Source of the DNA: the human T2T-CHM13v2.0 reference genome, Homo sapiens
DNA: 64,000 nucleotides
Assembly (NCBI RefSeq): GCF_009914755.1
Contig: NC_060928.1
Reading direction: 5' to 3' (one strand)
Shown here: positions 1 to 18,100 of the stretch, piece by piece
How positions within the stretch are numbered: position 1 is the first letter of the stretch
How the letters are laid out: the number at the start of each line of letters is the position of its first letter
The notes under the pieces: model-generated
Told to the model about the DNA's origin: nothing
Database searches by the model: none
The model's input: only the letters and a program-made list of their open reading frames with translations
Program-made: the position numbers and the translations under genes

Positions 1-296
1 CACAAACATTGCCCAAAGTCTTTCCCCTTGTTTTGTGTATGTTCTAAGGGGGAAACAGACAATACAATATGTATAATGAAGAAGCAAACAATAATAAGAC
101 ACAAGGTCAAATACTGTTGGTAGTAGCGCAGCTGTGAGGCAGATATACAGTATAGCGGATATATAATATAGCAGTTTGCTATATTAAATAGGATTATTTA
201 GGAAGGTGACATTTGAGCAAAGGCTTGAAAGCCACAGACACTCTTCATGATGCTAGAACAAGATTGAAAACAACCCCTTCCTTCCTGTCAACTTAC

Positions 297-539
297 CTAT
301 CCCCAGGCTGCTATGGGTATTGGAGGACATGCTACCATTGCCATACTCCTGGGACGCAGTGACAGGATAATAGATGTTGAAGTGGTGGCTCTTTACCCAA
401 ACAGAGCATTTACATTTAGAGACCAGGGGCTAGATATGTCAGGCAATATTCCCTATGGTCTGTCTGACTGTGCGGTCCTGCTGTTATTGGGGTAGGCTAG
501 TTCCTTGGTGTTCATGTTGCATTTTCCTCTCTTCCGAAT
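297..539 (-). other. Candidate 243-nt first exon of an unidentified leftward gene
   Basis: Starts at the initiator and ends at a perfect donor ATAG|GTAAGT (296-291); several short uORFs; only ATG 330 (MSSNTHSSLGI, phase 1) stays open across the junction. Confidence 0.55.
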
Positions 540-570
540 GCAGTATCAGTGCCTTATTCCTCTTTATATA
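536..570 (-). promoter_or_regulatory. Candidate TATA-box core promoter with initiator
   Basis: Minus strand TATATAAAG at 570-562; BBCABW-type initiator TGCATT with A at 539, 29-31 nt downstream of the TATA start. Confidence 0.6.
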
Positions 571-2365
571 CCCATGTCACCACTTCCACAAGCCCAGTAT
601 TTATGCCAATGCATTGCAGAAAAGTACTAAGTAAATTTTTAGATATTGCAAAAATGTTTTTTATTTTCAAGATACATCTTTTTACAAACGTAATACTTTT
701 AGTGAAAATTACTTACGAATGGCAACAAGAAGAATCAAATTGTACTGGCAAACATAAAATGCTTTAGTTTAATCAGACATTTGCTAGTGTTGTCTTGTTT
801 TCTGGTGCCAAGAAGAAACCCTTAACATGCAAGAGAAAGTGAAAAAGTCTAGGGGCTGAGACCATGTGAACAAACGTCTTTCTGTCCTCTTTATGGTGAA
901 TTAAACTTTGCTCCTCTGACAGGCCAAATACAACTAATTCCATATTGGGCTGCTTTTTCCTATGGTAAAGCATGAAAAATCTATCCATGAATCTATGTAT
1001 AGTTATAAGTTAATTCAGGCACATTGTTGCCTTAGAATGATGAAATACATGCTTACGGAAAGCAATCTATTGGTTGAGACTAGGAAAATGCTGGCTGGAG
1101 CCCATGCTGTCTGTTGGAAACGGAGCTGTGGAAATTGCCAGCTCTAAATGAGATAGGAAATTTGTTGATTGGTTTGTTGGATTTCTTTTTCTCCATTATT
1201 TTCCAAAAGAAGAAGCAGGCATGAATTCTGGCAATTTTCTATTTTTCCCTTGCTTCCCAGATTTAGCTCACTGATTGCATAATTTTCTTACTGCTCATTT
1301 TTCAGGAAAGTCCATAGGCATTAGCCACTGCCTTTTGATGCCAGTATGCATCAGAAGGCAGTGGCTAACAGGGAGTGTGTGTCATTTCCCCGGGGGCCAA
1401 TCAGCTCAACTCAGTCACATGGTAAGTCAGTTGAAAGGAGGCAGTGGGAATCATAGATATGGGTGATATTTTTTTTTCCTTCCCATGGTGCTCAGAGGGC
1501 ACAAAGGAATTCTAAACAACCATCTTATTAGTTATAAAAAATTTTTCACCTCTGCAGACCTTCACACTACACTTCAATGACACTATTAATTTCTCTTAAT
1601 TGAACAGGTGCAAACCTTTATCCTGTTTTATATTAATAAACAGGTTTGAAACCTCTTTGTTTCAAATATACCATTTAAAAATTAGTGCTAATGTTTAGTT
1701 ATGATGGTCTCTGCTGTAACACATTCATGCATCAAGCAATTAGTCATTTCCTAGTGTGCACACTGTATTGTTTTAACCTCCAAAGAAGAATCCAGATTTG
1801 CTCCCAAATCTAGAAACATGGTCAGATGCACCACTTGATGATGAATACAAAATCTTGACAATTCAATTTTGGTAAACAGTAAAGAATGTGTATATGCCAC
1901 ACCTATGGAACATATCAAGTAAGCTGACATCAAGGAGCACACAGCTAATATCCGAGCACTTAACAATGAACACTTTCTAGTGACATTTCTAGGAAATCAT
2001 ACAAAGTAGGAGCATGGGTCAAAATGATTAGAAGGCAGCCAGGAAAGTCTTCACACTGGCATCATAAATTTTATTCTTTATATACATTTCTTTTTCTAGT
2101 TGCTAAAATTAGGAAAGCTGGTAGAAGAAGAATGGGAAAATTGAAGGTAAATAAGTGATAGAGTGTTTATTTACAACTGTGCCTAAGTTCAAAAAAAAAA
2201 AAGAGAGAGAGAATTGGTTACCTGTGAAACTGTTACCTACCCATCTGGGACAGCTGCCCTCTGGTTTCCTTCAGAACTCTACAGAAAAGACTGACTTAGA
2301 CAAATGCTTGTTTGGAAAAGATTTTTCTTTCACCTGGCAGCTTCTTTGCATTGCTACTGCATTAA

Positions 2366-2824
<459 letters not shown>

Positions 2825-3420
2825 TGAAACTAGTACCTGCACAAGGTTTATAAAGATGTAAAAACAAATATATAGTTAGAGTATAATTAAAGGAAGAATT
2901 TATCAAATAGCAACTAAGATTAGGTGATGTGACCATATGAGTACTTTTAAAATGTCGTTTGAGTTTTCATATTTATCAAATTCTCTAACAAATTGGTATT
3001 AATTTAGTAATTTAGTAATCAGATACAAAATGTTATAAATATATTTATAACATAATACTTTTTTTTCTGGCTCTTTCTCTTATTTTGTACACTAAGTGCA
3101 GTAAGATGTACCCGAGGGTTTCTTTCAAGTCTTGGGTCTTTAAAAGATCAAGCGACGCTTGGGAGAGGACAGGGAAAATAAAATATGGACTGAGTAGTGT
3201 AGATGCTCAGCCTAGCATTCATGAGGTTTTTAAAGTTTCTGCATGATTCATTCCAGCTCATGAGCTAAACTGCTACATGACACATTAGAACTGAAGGACT
3301 CACTGGTGCTGACGAGTCTGCCTGGAGTGTCCTTAGACATCGAAGCGGTGTCATGGTGATAGGAGAGGCTGGTCAGGGAACCCAGACTCTTGGCCATTTC
3401 TTCTTAAGAACCATTGCTAA

Positions 3421-3841
<421 letters not shown>

Positions 3842-4990
3842 CGGCTGCTGCCACTTTGCACCCTTATCTCTTTCACACTTCCATTGAGAAGCGTGGCTAT
3901 GAGCCTGTGATTGGACCTTCTCTGAGAATCCAGCGAGTGGGCACTGGAGAGGAGGAGGTGGGGGACTGGACACCCCACTGCAACACTTCCCCAGCTCCTG
4001 AAGTGGGTTGCTGTGTCCATTTGGAGAGTTAGAGAGAGATCTTTCCCAATAGCCCTTCTCTACCATCTAATGCCTTTCTGTGAAGAGATGGGAATCTATT
4101 TTAAAAACTTGGTCCGTTTCTTCCTCTTCAGATCTTCTGAGTTGACGTTCCCACTTTGTGAGTTTACTGAAAGCAAAAAACAAAAAACAAAACCCAAACA
4201 AAAACCTATCACAATCAGCTTTTACTCAAAGGTAGTTTGGGGAGTAGTTAGTCAAAGGATGGAGAGTTGGACAAAAATCGTCCTATGTCCCAGGCACTTA
4301 GGGGGAGACTGCAGGTCTTTCTCTAGGCAGTCACACATCACAGCTTTCTGGGCAATCTGGGTCTGGCTTCTTACTTCTGCAGTGCAGATATAGCAGAGGG
4401 TCCTGTGCTATGTGTTGTGATCACTACATACTGTGATCCCAGTATCCCCAAATGGGATTACTCGACTGCTAGGCAAATAGCACTGGGTCCTTTAATGATG
4501 GGGTGTTGACACACGTAGTGTGATGAATCCCTCATTGCTAACCTTCCAAGAGGAGGTATTGCAGTCCCCTGCTGGCTGGATTTCAAGTGCTGGAAAAGCC
4601 TAGGATTGACTGCGGCAATTGCAGCGCTGGGTAGAGTTCAGTGGGTGGAAGCCGGGAAGATACCACATCGTTAAAGGCATGTTCATCATCTTAAGAGCAG
4701 GCAGCCCCGGGGAAGAGTGTATTTCAGTTTTTGATAGTTTGTCAAGGCACAGTACAGTTCCTTTGTTTGATAATCAGTTCATTTTCCTAATTCAAAAGGC
4801 CAATACCAGGACGAAAGACATCTGAGATGGAAAGTAGAACTTGGTTTCAGCGTGTATGTGTGTTAAGTGCATGAGAAAACCTGTAAGCTACATGTCACTC
4901 GGAGTCTTCTTTTAACCTTAACATTCACTCTGTTTCATATTGTCTGTAAAGTTCAATGCCCTCTTCAATAATTCTGCAAATCTGTGGATA

Positions 4991-4993
<3 letters not shown>

Positions 4994-5050
<57 letters not shown>
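4994..5050. repeat. (GT)n microsatellite, ~28 units
   Basis: Perfect dinucleotide run. Confidence 0.99.
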
Positions 5051-5051
<1 letters not shown>

Positions 5052-6109
5052 AGGGGATCCATATGATTAATTTCTGGGCCCTCATTCTGGTCTCTGTTAC
5101 GTTCTTTGCTGTTATTCCTTTATCTCTACTCTAGCATTTATGTGTATGTTTAACTCACTCCATTCCTTGATTTTTCCACCAAAAACAAAACCAAACCAAA
5201 TAACCAGAGTCCTTTGTTTAATATAACTATGCCTTTTTTTTGATCTCGTGAGATAGAGGAGGATTTTTATCACTGGGATGTGAACGACTGTTCTAAGGAG
5301 AGAAGCTGTCCAGTCCTTCAGAGTGCCCTGTTGTCCTCTGCCGCTCCCATTTTTCTCCTGTGTGTGCCCTGTTCCCTCTGCTTCCTCAGATTCTCCTCCT
5401 CAGTTACTATCAATTTGTAGAACAGCATGCTCAATTATTTTATTCGCTTCCTGCTACCGTATTTGCAGAGTATCACCTTTCACCCCAAACAGCTTATTAA
5501 GATAATTTCCACAAAGGATAGCAGGATTCCCAGTGCCAGCTTTTAAGATAATTACTCAACAATCCTGACACCTGATTTTTTTACAGGCTTGACGACATTG
5601 TAATGAAGTCCATTCTACTTAGAATTTCAGTAACAAAATCTTCTGGAACTGCCTTCCCCGATTACAGTTCCTGTTTATCCCCCAAACACTCAATTTGCCC
5701 CCATCCCTCCTCCTTCTTCCCTGCTTAGTGGTAGAGCATGCCCACACCTCCCTTCCTCTTTGGAACGGATGAGACACGGCCAGCCCTGGTTTTCCTTCAA
5801 TCAGCAGTGTGGAAGCAGATCATCCTAGCTCTTAAAGGCTCTCTCCCTGGCCAGCAGACATATCTCAAACTGACTGAACGCTCTTCTTCCAGAATGTGCT
5901 AAGGACTGTCTGACATTCTTCCTTAAGGCTGAACCATTATTCATTTTTGAGAGTCCTGGAATTTGGAAGATAAACTCCCTCCTACTCTAGCTTTTGGGAC
6001 TCCTTTCTATTTGGCCACTCAGTGGTATAACTGTACAAAAGAAATAAACAGCTAAAGTTGAGTGGCTTTTTCTGAGTCACTTCACAGGTTCAATAAAGAT
6101 GCATCATTC

Positions 6110-7076
<967 letters not shown>

Positions 7077-8023
7077 GCATGCCTTTTTCTTATTCATTGT
7101 GAAGACTGAAAACAGACGAATAACTTGCTTTATGTCAGTATCTTTATTTCCCTGTCAGTGTATTCAATGACACAGAAAATACTTGATTCCATAAATGCTC
7201 CCACAGAAAAACACTTCATGCAAACCTTCCTCTCCATGTCTTCTGTCCATTGGAGAACCCAAACTAAAGAATGTCTCACACGTAGTTCTGCACATTCCTT
7301 CCCATTAGCCTAGTTGTTTCAGATGAAAATTTAGAAGACAGTGTAGGAGGCGGGAGAAGCCAAGAAGGAAGGAATCTGCATTTGAAGAAGGGTCATATGC
7401 ATAATCACGAATAGCTATTTGGATTTGATAAAGAACTGCTATTGTGTTTGGATATACAGAAAATAAATGTTTGGAAATATAGAATATACACACCCAAACA
7501 TATATACACACACATGTTGGACACATATTGGACTTTGTTACAACAGCTACCTATACCTTTACTGATACAGATCTCACTACTTGCCAGGCACCTGGTTCTA
7601 GGCCCATTAAGAACTGTCTCGGTGACCTCAGTGGGGCCCCTCATCAATGGCTGCCATCTAGGTTGAGCACTCTCGGCTGAGTTCCCAGTTTCTGTCATTC
7701 ACGGTCCTTCCTCTTCAGGGATGCAGCCACCTTGCAGAATGCTATAGGGGCGTCAGGCACTGGCCTTGACATCGAAGCCTCTGTCTTCTTGCTCTCCATC
7801 TCTTTGAGTTGGAACACTCTCTTCTGCTTAGGAAGTACCAGGCTCTCTGCTCCCTCTTTTTCCCAAACCAAACCAAACCAATGTGTTTTTACTGCCGATG
7901 GATAGGCCTGCCACTTAGAACAGAAACATACCTTAGCTTCAGATCCTGTTGTCATATGAGTTTGTAGGTTCTAATTGAATATAAAAATTCAAATTTCTTT
8001 TACATAAAGTATCTCTCTCTCTC

Positions 8024-8338
<315 letters not shown>

Positions 8339-8744
8339 TAATTATTATTACTTTAGAATCACTGTGTGAGCTAGATGAGAGACATCTTCATATTTTAAGC
8401 AATTGCAGTTTCTGGCTTAGCGCCTCCATTCATTCAGCAAACAGCTTTTTAGCCCTGGTTTGTGCCAGGTGCTGCTCCAAGTGCTAAGGATATGGCATGG
8501 CACAAGGTGCATGTGACCCCCAGTCTTGCAGCGTTGATGTTTAGCATTATAATACAATAATTGGCTGAACTTGAGGTTTTAAGAGATGAGGGTGATGTTA
8601 AGAGATTTATCTTTTCACTGTTTCCAGTTCCTATTGTAGCAGTAGGAACAAGAAAAGTATGAATATCTCAACAGTTAATCCTGTTATATGTAGCTATAAG
8701 GACATTGCTACAATTAATAGATAGCTTAGAAATAGCAGGAGAAA

Positions 8745-9349
<605 letters not shown>

Positions 9350-9522
9350 TTATTGAGCAAGTACATATTAGATGGCTAAGTTTATATACACTCTCATCAT
9401 AACAGCAGCTCTAAAAAACTGGAATTATTATGCTCATTTTACACATGATAAAACTAAGGTGTAGAAAGGTTAAGTGGCTTGCCCAAGGGTACATAGCTAA
9501 TAGAAGGACATTTAAAATCAAG

Positions 9523-10128
9523 GTTTTTTTTTTCTTTTTCTTTTTAAATTTTATTTTAGATTCAGGAGTGCATGAGCAGATTTGTTACAAGGGTATATTG
9601 TGTGATGTTGAGGTTTGGGCTGCTATTGATCAAGTCACCCAAATAGTAAACATAGTTCCTGATAGAAAGTGCTGTAGCCCTTGTTCTCTTCCCTTCCTCT
9701 CTCTCCTCTTTTGGTGTTGCCAGTGTCTACCGTTTCCATCTTTTTCATCTTTTTTTTTTTTTTTTTTTTTTTTTGAGACAGAGTCTTACTCTGTCACTCA
9801 GGCTAGAGTGCAGTGGCGCGATCTCGGCTCACTGCAACCTCTGCCTCCCGGGTTCAGGCAATTCCCTGCCTCAGCCTCCTGAGTAGCTGGGACTACAGGC
9901 ACCTGTCACCACGCCTGGCTAATTTTTGTATTTTTAGTAAAGACGGGGTTTCACTATGTTAGCCAGGCTGGTCTTGAACTCCTGACCTCGTGATCCACCC
10001 GTGTTGGCCTCCCAAAATGCTGGGATTACAGGCATGAGCCACCGTGCCTGGCCTACTGTTTCCATCTTTATGGATGTGTATACCCAAGGTTTAGCCCCAC
10101 CTATAAGTAAGAACGTAAGATATTTGGT
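9523..10128 (-). mobile_element. L1 3' UTR fragment (L1PB/late L1PA-like) split by an Alu
   Basis: ttttattttagattcagg..gatttgttacaagggtatattgtgtgatg..gtcacccaaatagt L1 3' end motifs. Confidence 0.8.
9750..10053 (-). mobile_element. AluSg-like
   Basis: TSD tac(c/t)gtttccatcttt at 9728-9743 and 10054-10069. Confidence 0.95.
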
Positions 10129-10355
10129 AAAATTCAAGTTCTACATGCATGTTCTTTTCTAAACATTGCTACCCTGAAGAATAAACTGAGAACTTTTATC
10201 AGAATTGAGTCTAAGCTGACACACAACATATCACTAGAGAGGTCCTCTCACGTTTCCATGATACCATTTTCCTACCATCATGGTGGGCCTGATGGACATT
10301 GACTTATAAGCCAGAGAGTCCTTCCAGTTTGGATTGCACATTATTTTTCTAGCTC

Positions 10356-10461
10356 AGAGACCGGCAAATTATGGCTGCAGGCCAAATCCAACCCTCTGCT
10401 TATTTGTATATTGCCTCTGAACTAAGAACATTTTTAAATGGTTGAAAAAAATTTCAAAAGA
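10356..10461 (+). mobile_element. MER58B-like hAT-Charlie fragment
   Basis: ggcaaattatggc..gccaaatcc..gaactaagaa..tttttaaatggttgaaaaaa. Confidence 0.65.
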
Positions 10462-10466
10462 GTAAG

Positions 10467-10710
10467 TTTTTTTTTTTTTGAGATGGAGTCTTGATCTGTT
10501 GCCCAGGCTGGAGTGCAGTGGCGCGATCTCGGCTCACCGCAATCTCCGCCTCTCAGGTTCAAGAGATTTCCGGCTAATTTTTGTATTTTTAGTAGAGACA
10601 AGGTTTCACCATGTTGGCCAGGCTGGTCTTTAACTCCTGACTTCAAGTGATCCACCCGCGTTGGTCTCACAATGTACTATTATTACAGGCGTGAGCCACT
10701 GCGCCCGGCC
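10467..10710 (-). mobile_element. AluSz-like with ~50-bp internal deletion
   Basis: ttcaagagattt joins directly to ccggctaattt. Confidence 0.9.
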
Positions 10711-11429
10711 CAAGTTAGGTAATTTTTGATTCGGCTTTATAGGCAGGAAAATGAGACTCAGAGAATTATAATGCCCTGCTCAAAGACACACAAAGTAGTA
10801 AGTGGTAGAAAAGGAGGTTTAAGACTAGATCTGTTTTTATAGAAATAAATACAAAGCAAAACCAAATCACTTTGTACCGTAATATGTCATAGTTCATGAA
10901 CAAAAGGCACTGTGTGCAGAAGCCTTATGTGCAGAACTCCATTCCAAATAGATAATCTTTTTTCCTTCCTCTATTGTTAGAATCAGGAAGATTTTTTGTA
11001 ATTTAAGATACTGTGTTTCTCCCTATAACCCACTCCATTGGCAGCACTGTGGCTAACCCTGTTTCTCATGGCTCCTTCTACCTTTAACAAAATTTAAAAC
11101 AGGTAATTGTGCTGTTAATTGGGGCTTGGGGGATGTTACCCTTCCTTCCTCTGGAAGGGTTCAATGTTCAAAGGCATCTAGTCATTATTTAGTGGTGAGG
11201 TAATGTCTCTAGAATTTGGAAGTGAAGCTCAAACAGAAAGAAACAGCAGGACTGGACGGGCTTCCAAAGAGTGACTTATTTTAAAGAGACCGATTCATCT
11301 TTTACTAATTGGAGATACCTAGTTCCAATTAATTTAAGGTAGTGCCTCATCAAAATATGACCAAAGTAAAAAGAATATTTTGCAACTCCATCAAGTTCAT
11401 TGTAAACTTTCTTAAGAAAAAAAAGTTTT

Positions 11430-11767
<338 letters not shown>

Positions 11768-11994
11768 TTAATCTAATGCCATGTACACGGAGAACGGAAG
11801 CTTAAAGCAAAGATTTAGAAGGGGCTAATTTGTATCTATTCAGGGTAGGCACAGAAGTTTTTTGGTAAGGTGCATTACTTTTGGCAGAGCTGTATATTTT
11901 CTTTTGTGGGAGAAGGGAGAAGTTTTTTTTTTCTTTTCTAATTCAAATTTCACCATGGCATGAGCTCAATATTCTTCAAGACAAAAGAATCTTG

Positions 11995-12911
11995 AGGTCT
12001 TGCTTCTCACTGCATAGAAAGCCAATCACAGAGATGATGTGTACTGCCAGGGAAGAAGGCATTTTGGGTGTTGCAGCTGAAAAGATGGTAGATCAGTTTT
12101 AAATCCACCTCCCTAGCTGACTAAAATGAGGGGTTTATATAGCAGGGAAGAAATGGAAAACAGGAATTCGGGTGGGGTAAGGAAGAGGAGTTGGTTGACA
12201 GGCAGCAGGTGATCAGTTAGACAATCGTGATGGGTGAGGGGTCTGGCATCTCATCGTCCAGAGGCTGTGATGTGGTGAGTTTCAGCTTCTTTGACCAGGA
12301 GGCCTGATGGTTGGTTTCCTGTTAAAGGAACTCAGGTAAGACAAATGTACCTTTTTCAAGTTTCAAGACTGGGAGGGAAAATTTCTACATTGTATTAGTC
12401 AGGGTTCCCTAGAGTGACAGACAGACACGGTTCTCTAAGTTCATATATATATGAACTTATATATATAGGAGTTTATTAAGTATTAACTCATATGGTCACA
12501 GTGTCCCACAATAGGCCCTCTGCAGGCTGAGGAACAAGGAGAGCCAGTCCAGGTTCCAAAACTGAAGAACTCAGAGTCCGATGTTTGAGGGCAGGAAGCG
12601 TCCAGTATGGGAGAAAGATGTAGGCTGGGAGGCTAGGCTCGTCTCTCTTTTCACATTTTCTGCCTGCTTATATTCTAGCAACCCTGGTAGCTGATTAGAT
12701 GATGCCCAGGCAGTTTAAGGGTGGGTCCACCTTCCCCAGCCCACTGACTTCAGATGTCAATCTCCTTTGGCAACACCCTCACAGACACAACCAGGATCAA
12801 TACTTTGTATCCTTCGATCCAATCAAGTTGACACTCAGTATTAACCATCACATATGTTTACACAAAAGTAACCATAAACTTCAATTATATGGGACAACTG
12901 GGTCAGTTTCA
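11995..12911 (-). mobile_element. ERV1 solo LTR (LOR1-like) interrupted by MLT2A
   Basis: Minus strand begins tgaaactgacccagttgtccc; gaaagccaatcac..gccagggaagaaggc end region; family name from memory. Confidence 0.7.
12391..12852 (-). mobile_element. MLT2A (HERV-L) solo LTR
   Basis: tgtattagtcagggtt...aagttgacactcagtattaaccatcaca termini; 5-bp TSD tacat/tatgt. Confidence 0.88.
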
Positions 12912-13695
12912 TTTCTACCTTCGTTTTCTCAGAGCCCATGTTGATTAATGAATATTTTGAAGATGAATTCCATTTCTACAGTACACTAAGTACAATGGAG
13001 AGTAGAAGAAATCAGTATTCAAGTAGCTGCAAATTGATGACTTTGCATTCCGGTTTAACTCTAGCAGTTGACTAGAGTAGCCTGTCTTAATGAGTTTATT
13101 CAATGCTATGTTCCCTGAGAACATGTTTGCTGTTTGGGTAGTCCCTGATCTGCAGGGAATCAGCTCACAAAGGAGTGGCCAACAAGTGAGGTGGGAGGGT
13201 GCGGTCAGGGTTGACTGTGAGGTTCCCTCCGTGGCAACTTTGCAGCCTCGACAATACTTTTTTTTTCTTTTTTTAATAACGTTTTGCTTTTTTGGTTCAC
13301 ATACTTCTTTCATGTTGCCATGTTTAAACATTGACAACACTGCTGACCAATTTATTTAACAGGTCCATATTCTAAATTCATTGAGGAACATGACAAAAAT
13401 GTGGATCCTACTAATTAGTATTTTGTTCCACCACTGATAAAATATTTAGCAGATACACTAATCTAATCTCCGTTCTTAATGTTGGCTTTAGAGGAAACAA
13501 AATCATGTCTTAATAATAAAGAGAAAGCTGGATGGAAAGTAAGAATAATCAGCTTGCATTCTGCATTTCCCTTTGAAGTGAAACCAGAGAGGTAGAAGAG
13601 TTTCAGTTGCGTTGCTTACATCAATAGATCAACCATTTAAACAGAAGCGTAACTAACCGCAAATGCTTAAAGATTTGGCATCATTCCAAAGTTGA

Positions 13696-14028
<333 letters not shown>

Positions 14029-15232
14029 AGTTGAGTTCTTTAGATCATTGTATTTTGAACCATTCATATAAACTTGTTTTTAATGAGAGATGACCTCCTT
14101 GATCTTCCTACAGCCTCACAGGATGGGACTACAGTCTACATTGAGAGGCTCACCTCAGGAAGATCTAGCTACTGGTAGAGGTCATCAGTCTTGTTAATAA
14201 GCTGACTATTGGCCTCTCTTTGGTGTGACATCCTGGCACCCTTGATATCTACAGAAAGAAATCAGTGCTGGCATTCAATGTAAATCTCCAAAGGGGCTTA
14301 ATTGGACTTTTTCAGGTTAAGATAAAATGTTCAATTTTTAGCTTAAAGATGATTCTGGGACCATAAACATGCCAGATTTGAGTTCAGTTAAGGTAATTAT
14401 GTGGGCAAAAATAAAAGTGCAATTAGGTTGTTCTAGCCTTAACTAAGTGCAATTATCAAGAACACTAACCTGGAGAAAATAGGTTCATTCTTTACATTTT
14501 ACTAAGCTTCCCAGGTTTGCTGTTTCTATTTTCACCTGTCAGTGGGGGTAGAACTATCCAAGACACTTCCAAACACTAATTTCAGATAGTCTTTCTTTTA
14601 CAAAAAACAGTGTTAAAAAGTTTTTAAAAAGAAAGTAAAGGAAGATAGCTTTCTTAGGTATTCTGTCTCTTTTTTGTAAACAATGAAAAAAATGAGAGAA
14701 TTTTTGGGTGTATTTTGAGTACTATTCGTTGAATTGATAATGTAGTCAGAATGTAGAAAAGAAAACATGAATTATAATTTAAAAGTTTGACTGTTTTGGT
14801 CAGGCTGATTGTTTCTAGTTAATTACTGATAAATCAGTTGCTTTCTCACACAACAAATTCTATCTAATCATTAAAACATCCCTAGTGTCTGGAACACAAG
14901 ATGATTCGTCTGATCACTTTGGTTCTTATAATGAACACATGAAGTTGAGTTTATGGCAAGCTCTGGACTGTGGCAGCGACTGGCAAGATTAAAACAGGAG
15001 CCTGGCAATTTTCGTTTACAAAATACAAAATAATATCCATTTCAGAATTGTCAGTTTAGCAAGGTTTCTAGTTTAATAAAATGAAAATATTTATTGGCAA
15101 AAATATTTGGATTTGTTAAAAATCTGAGAATTGTCTAATCTTTCATGGCAGGTGATCAATGCATGGAAGAGGATAGAGCTCTTCATCCTAGTTCTTCTCC
15201 AGGTTCCAACCTGAGTCTTTGTTCATGTGTAA

Positions 15233-15629
<397 letters not shown>

Positions 15630-15640
15630 TTAAAAAAAAC

Positions 15641-15766
15641 TTTTTTTTTAAGAGATGGGGTCTTGCTATATTGCCCAGGCTGGTCTCCAACTCCTGTTCG
15701 AAGCCATCCTCCTTCTTTGGCCTCTCAAAATGTTGGGATTATTCACATGAGTCAACATGCCTGGCC
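15641..15766 (-). mobile_element. FLAM / old Alu left monomer
   Basis: Diverged single left arm with T tail. Confidence 0.8.
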
Positions 15767-16089
15767 CCAGGGAGCCTTTTTAAAAGAATAAATATGTATG
15801 TGTATATTTTCTTCAAATATTAAATTTGGAAACAAATGTATCATACTTTTTTCCAGTGGAGTTTATTTGCCTAAATATAGGAAGTAAGACTAAGAAGCTA
15901 AACTGTTACTTCTAGACTGCATTCAGGAAATTTGTTTTTCCCCAAAATTTTTATTCATTTTACTATTTTTTGGATGTTATGAAATTTTTTTTCTACTGAA
16001 TCGGCGGAATCAACTGGATTTACTAAGTTAAAAAAACAGTAATTTTCAATTAGCCATACACTGTATATCTAATTTCATGTTATTGTTGT

Positions 16090-16480
16090 ATTTAATTCAT
16101 GCAACCTTCTTAGAAGGTAAATGTCACTGCAGTTTTCATTTTGCAGAGAAAAAAATGAAAGTTAGTGAACTTGCCTAATGCTGGGCAACTATGAAGTGGC
16201 TGAAGCCGTGTGTCTTTATTTCTAAGTTAATAGCAGAATATGTATAGTTAATGGTTTGAGCACTGGTGTTAGACACATTTGGAATTGAATTCTGTTTCCA
16301 TCATTTACTTCTCTAGATACTTAATTTTACTTTTCTGAATTAGAAAGATACTTAAATTTACTTTTCTAACTCTTGGTGTGTTCATCTCTAAAAGATATAG
16401 TAATAATATTGCCTCCTAGGATACATTCACGAGGTTTCAATGGGATAATGCAAACAATGCTTTTAGTGCTGTGCCTGGAA
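16090..16480. mobile_element. MIR remnants
   Basis: cattttgcagag..gttagtgaacttgcc and catctctaaaa..gtaataatattgcctcctagg..gataatgca MIR core motifs. Confidence 0.5.
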
Positions 16481-16945
16481 ATTTTTAGATTTTAAATTTT
16501 CAAAAAGTATTTATATTATTACAGGCATAAAGTAAGCCAAAATTTAGCCCAGGGGAGGTACTTGACGTTTTAAATTAGTTTTTGTATTCTTAGCCTGGAT
16601 ACATGTATGTAAACCCAAGTTTGATTGTTTGTTTAATAAAAAATAAATAAAGAAAGAAATTCTTAAGACTCCTGGAATCTTGAGCTTCAAGGCTGGAAGT
16701 GTTTTCCAAGAGCAAAAGGTTGATCAGTTACTTCACGTCCTGGCTTCTTAAATATTACTAACATTTCAACACCAGAATGAGAAGGAGAAAGTGAGGGAAG
16801 GAAGGAGTGAGGCAGAGTGTAGAGTGTGCTGGTGATAGTATGCCCAGAGAGATAACATTTGCAATGGGACTTTACAAACCTCAGCTTTACACAGTTAGCC
16901 TTTGTGTAGGATACATTCTAAGGAGAAATCCTATGAGATGTTTCA

Positions 16946-17128
<183 letters not shown>

Positions 17129-17586
17129 CTAAACGGTGTCACATGAACAGTTTTAATTTCTCACTCATTAAGAGCAGGACTGTCCTGGGGTCTGAGGTGA
17201 GGCTGAGCTTATTAAAGGGGACAAAGTCATTACCTATTATGGAGGAGATAACTCTAAGGACAGGGTACGAAAAGCCATAGAGTCCCAGTTTTCATGAATG
17301 CACTCAAAAACCTGAAAAATTATGAAAGACAGGGAGAAAGTCATTCAAATACCTCTGAGCAAGGAAGAGTCAACTCCACACTGAAACCCACGATGGCTGT
17401 CACATTTCATGGTGAAGTACGAAGCGGGTAACTGCCTAGACAGAGTGAGGCCATTTGGTCCTCCAGGTGAGGGGCCTGAGTGCCAAGGAAACCCTTGCTT
17501 CTGACAATATCCAAGTGTTTCCTGGTTCCTCCATGGTTGGCATTTTCAGGCAGAAGTGCCTGTGGAAAGTTAATGTGTCTACTTAG

Positions 17587-18100
<514 letters not shown>

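Noticed and set aside
939-948. CArG box upstream of the TATA promoter
   Set aside because: CCATATTGG has only five A/T between CC and GG
4940-5134. Poly-(CV) or poly-(HT) peptides here and at 21894-22271
   Set aside because: Microsatellite translations
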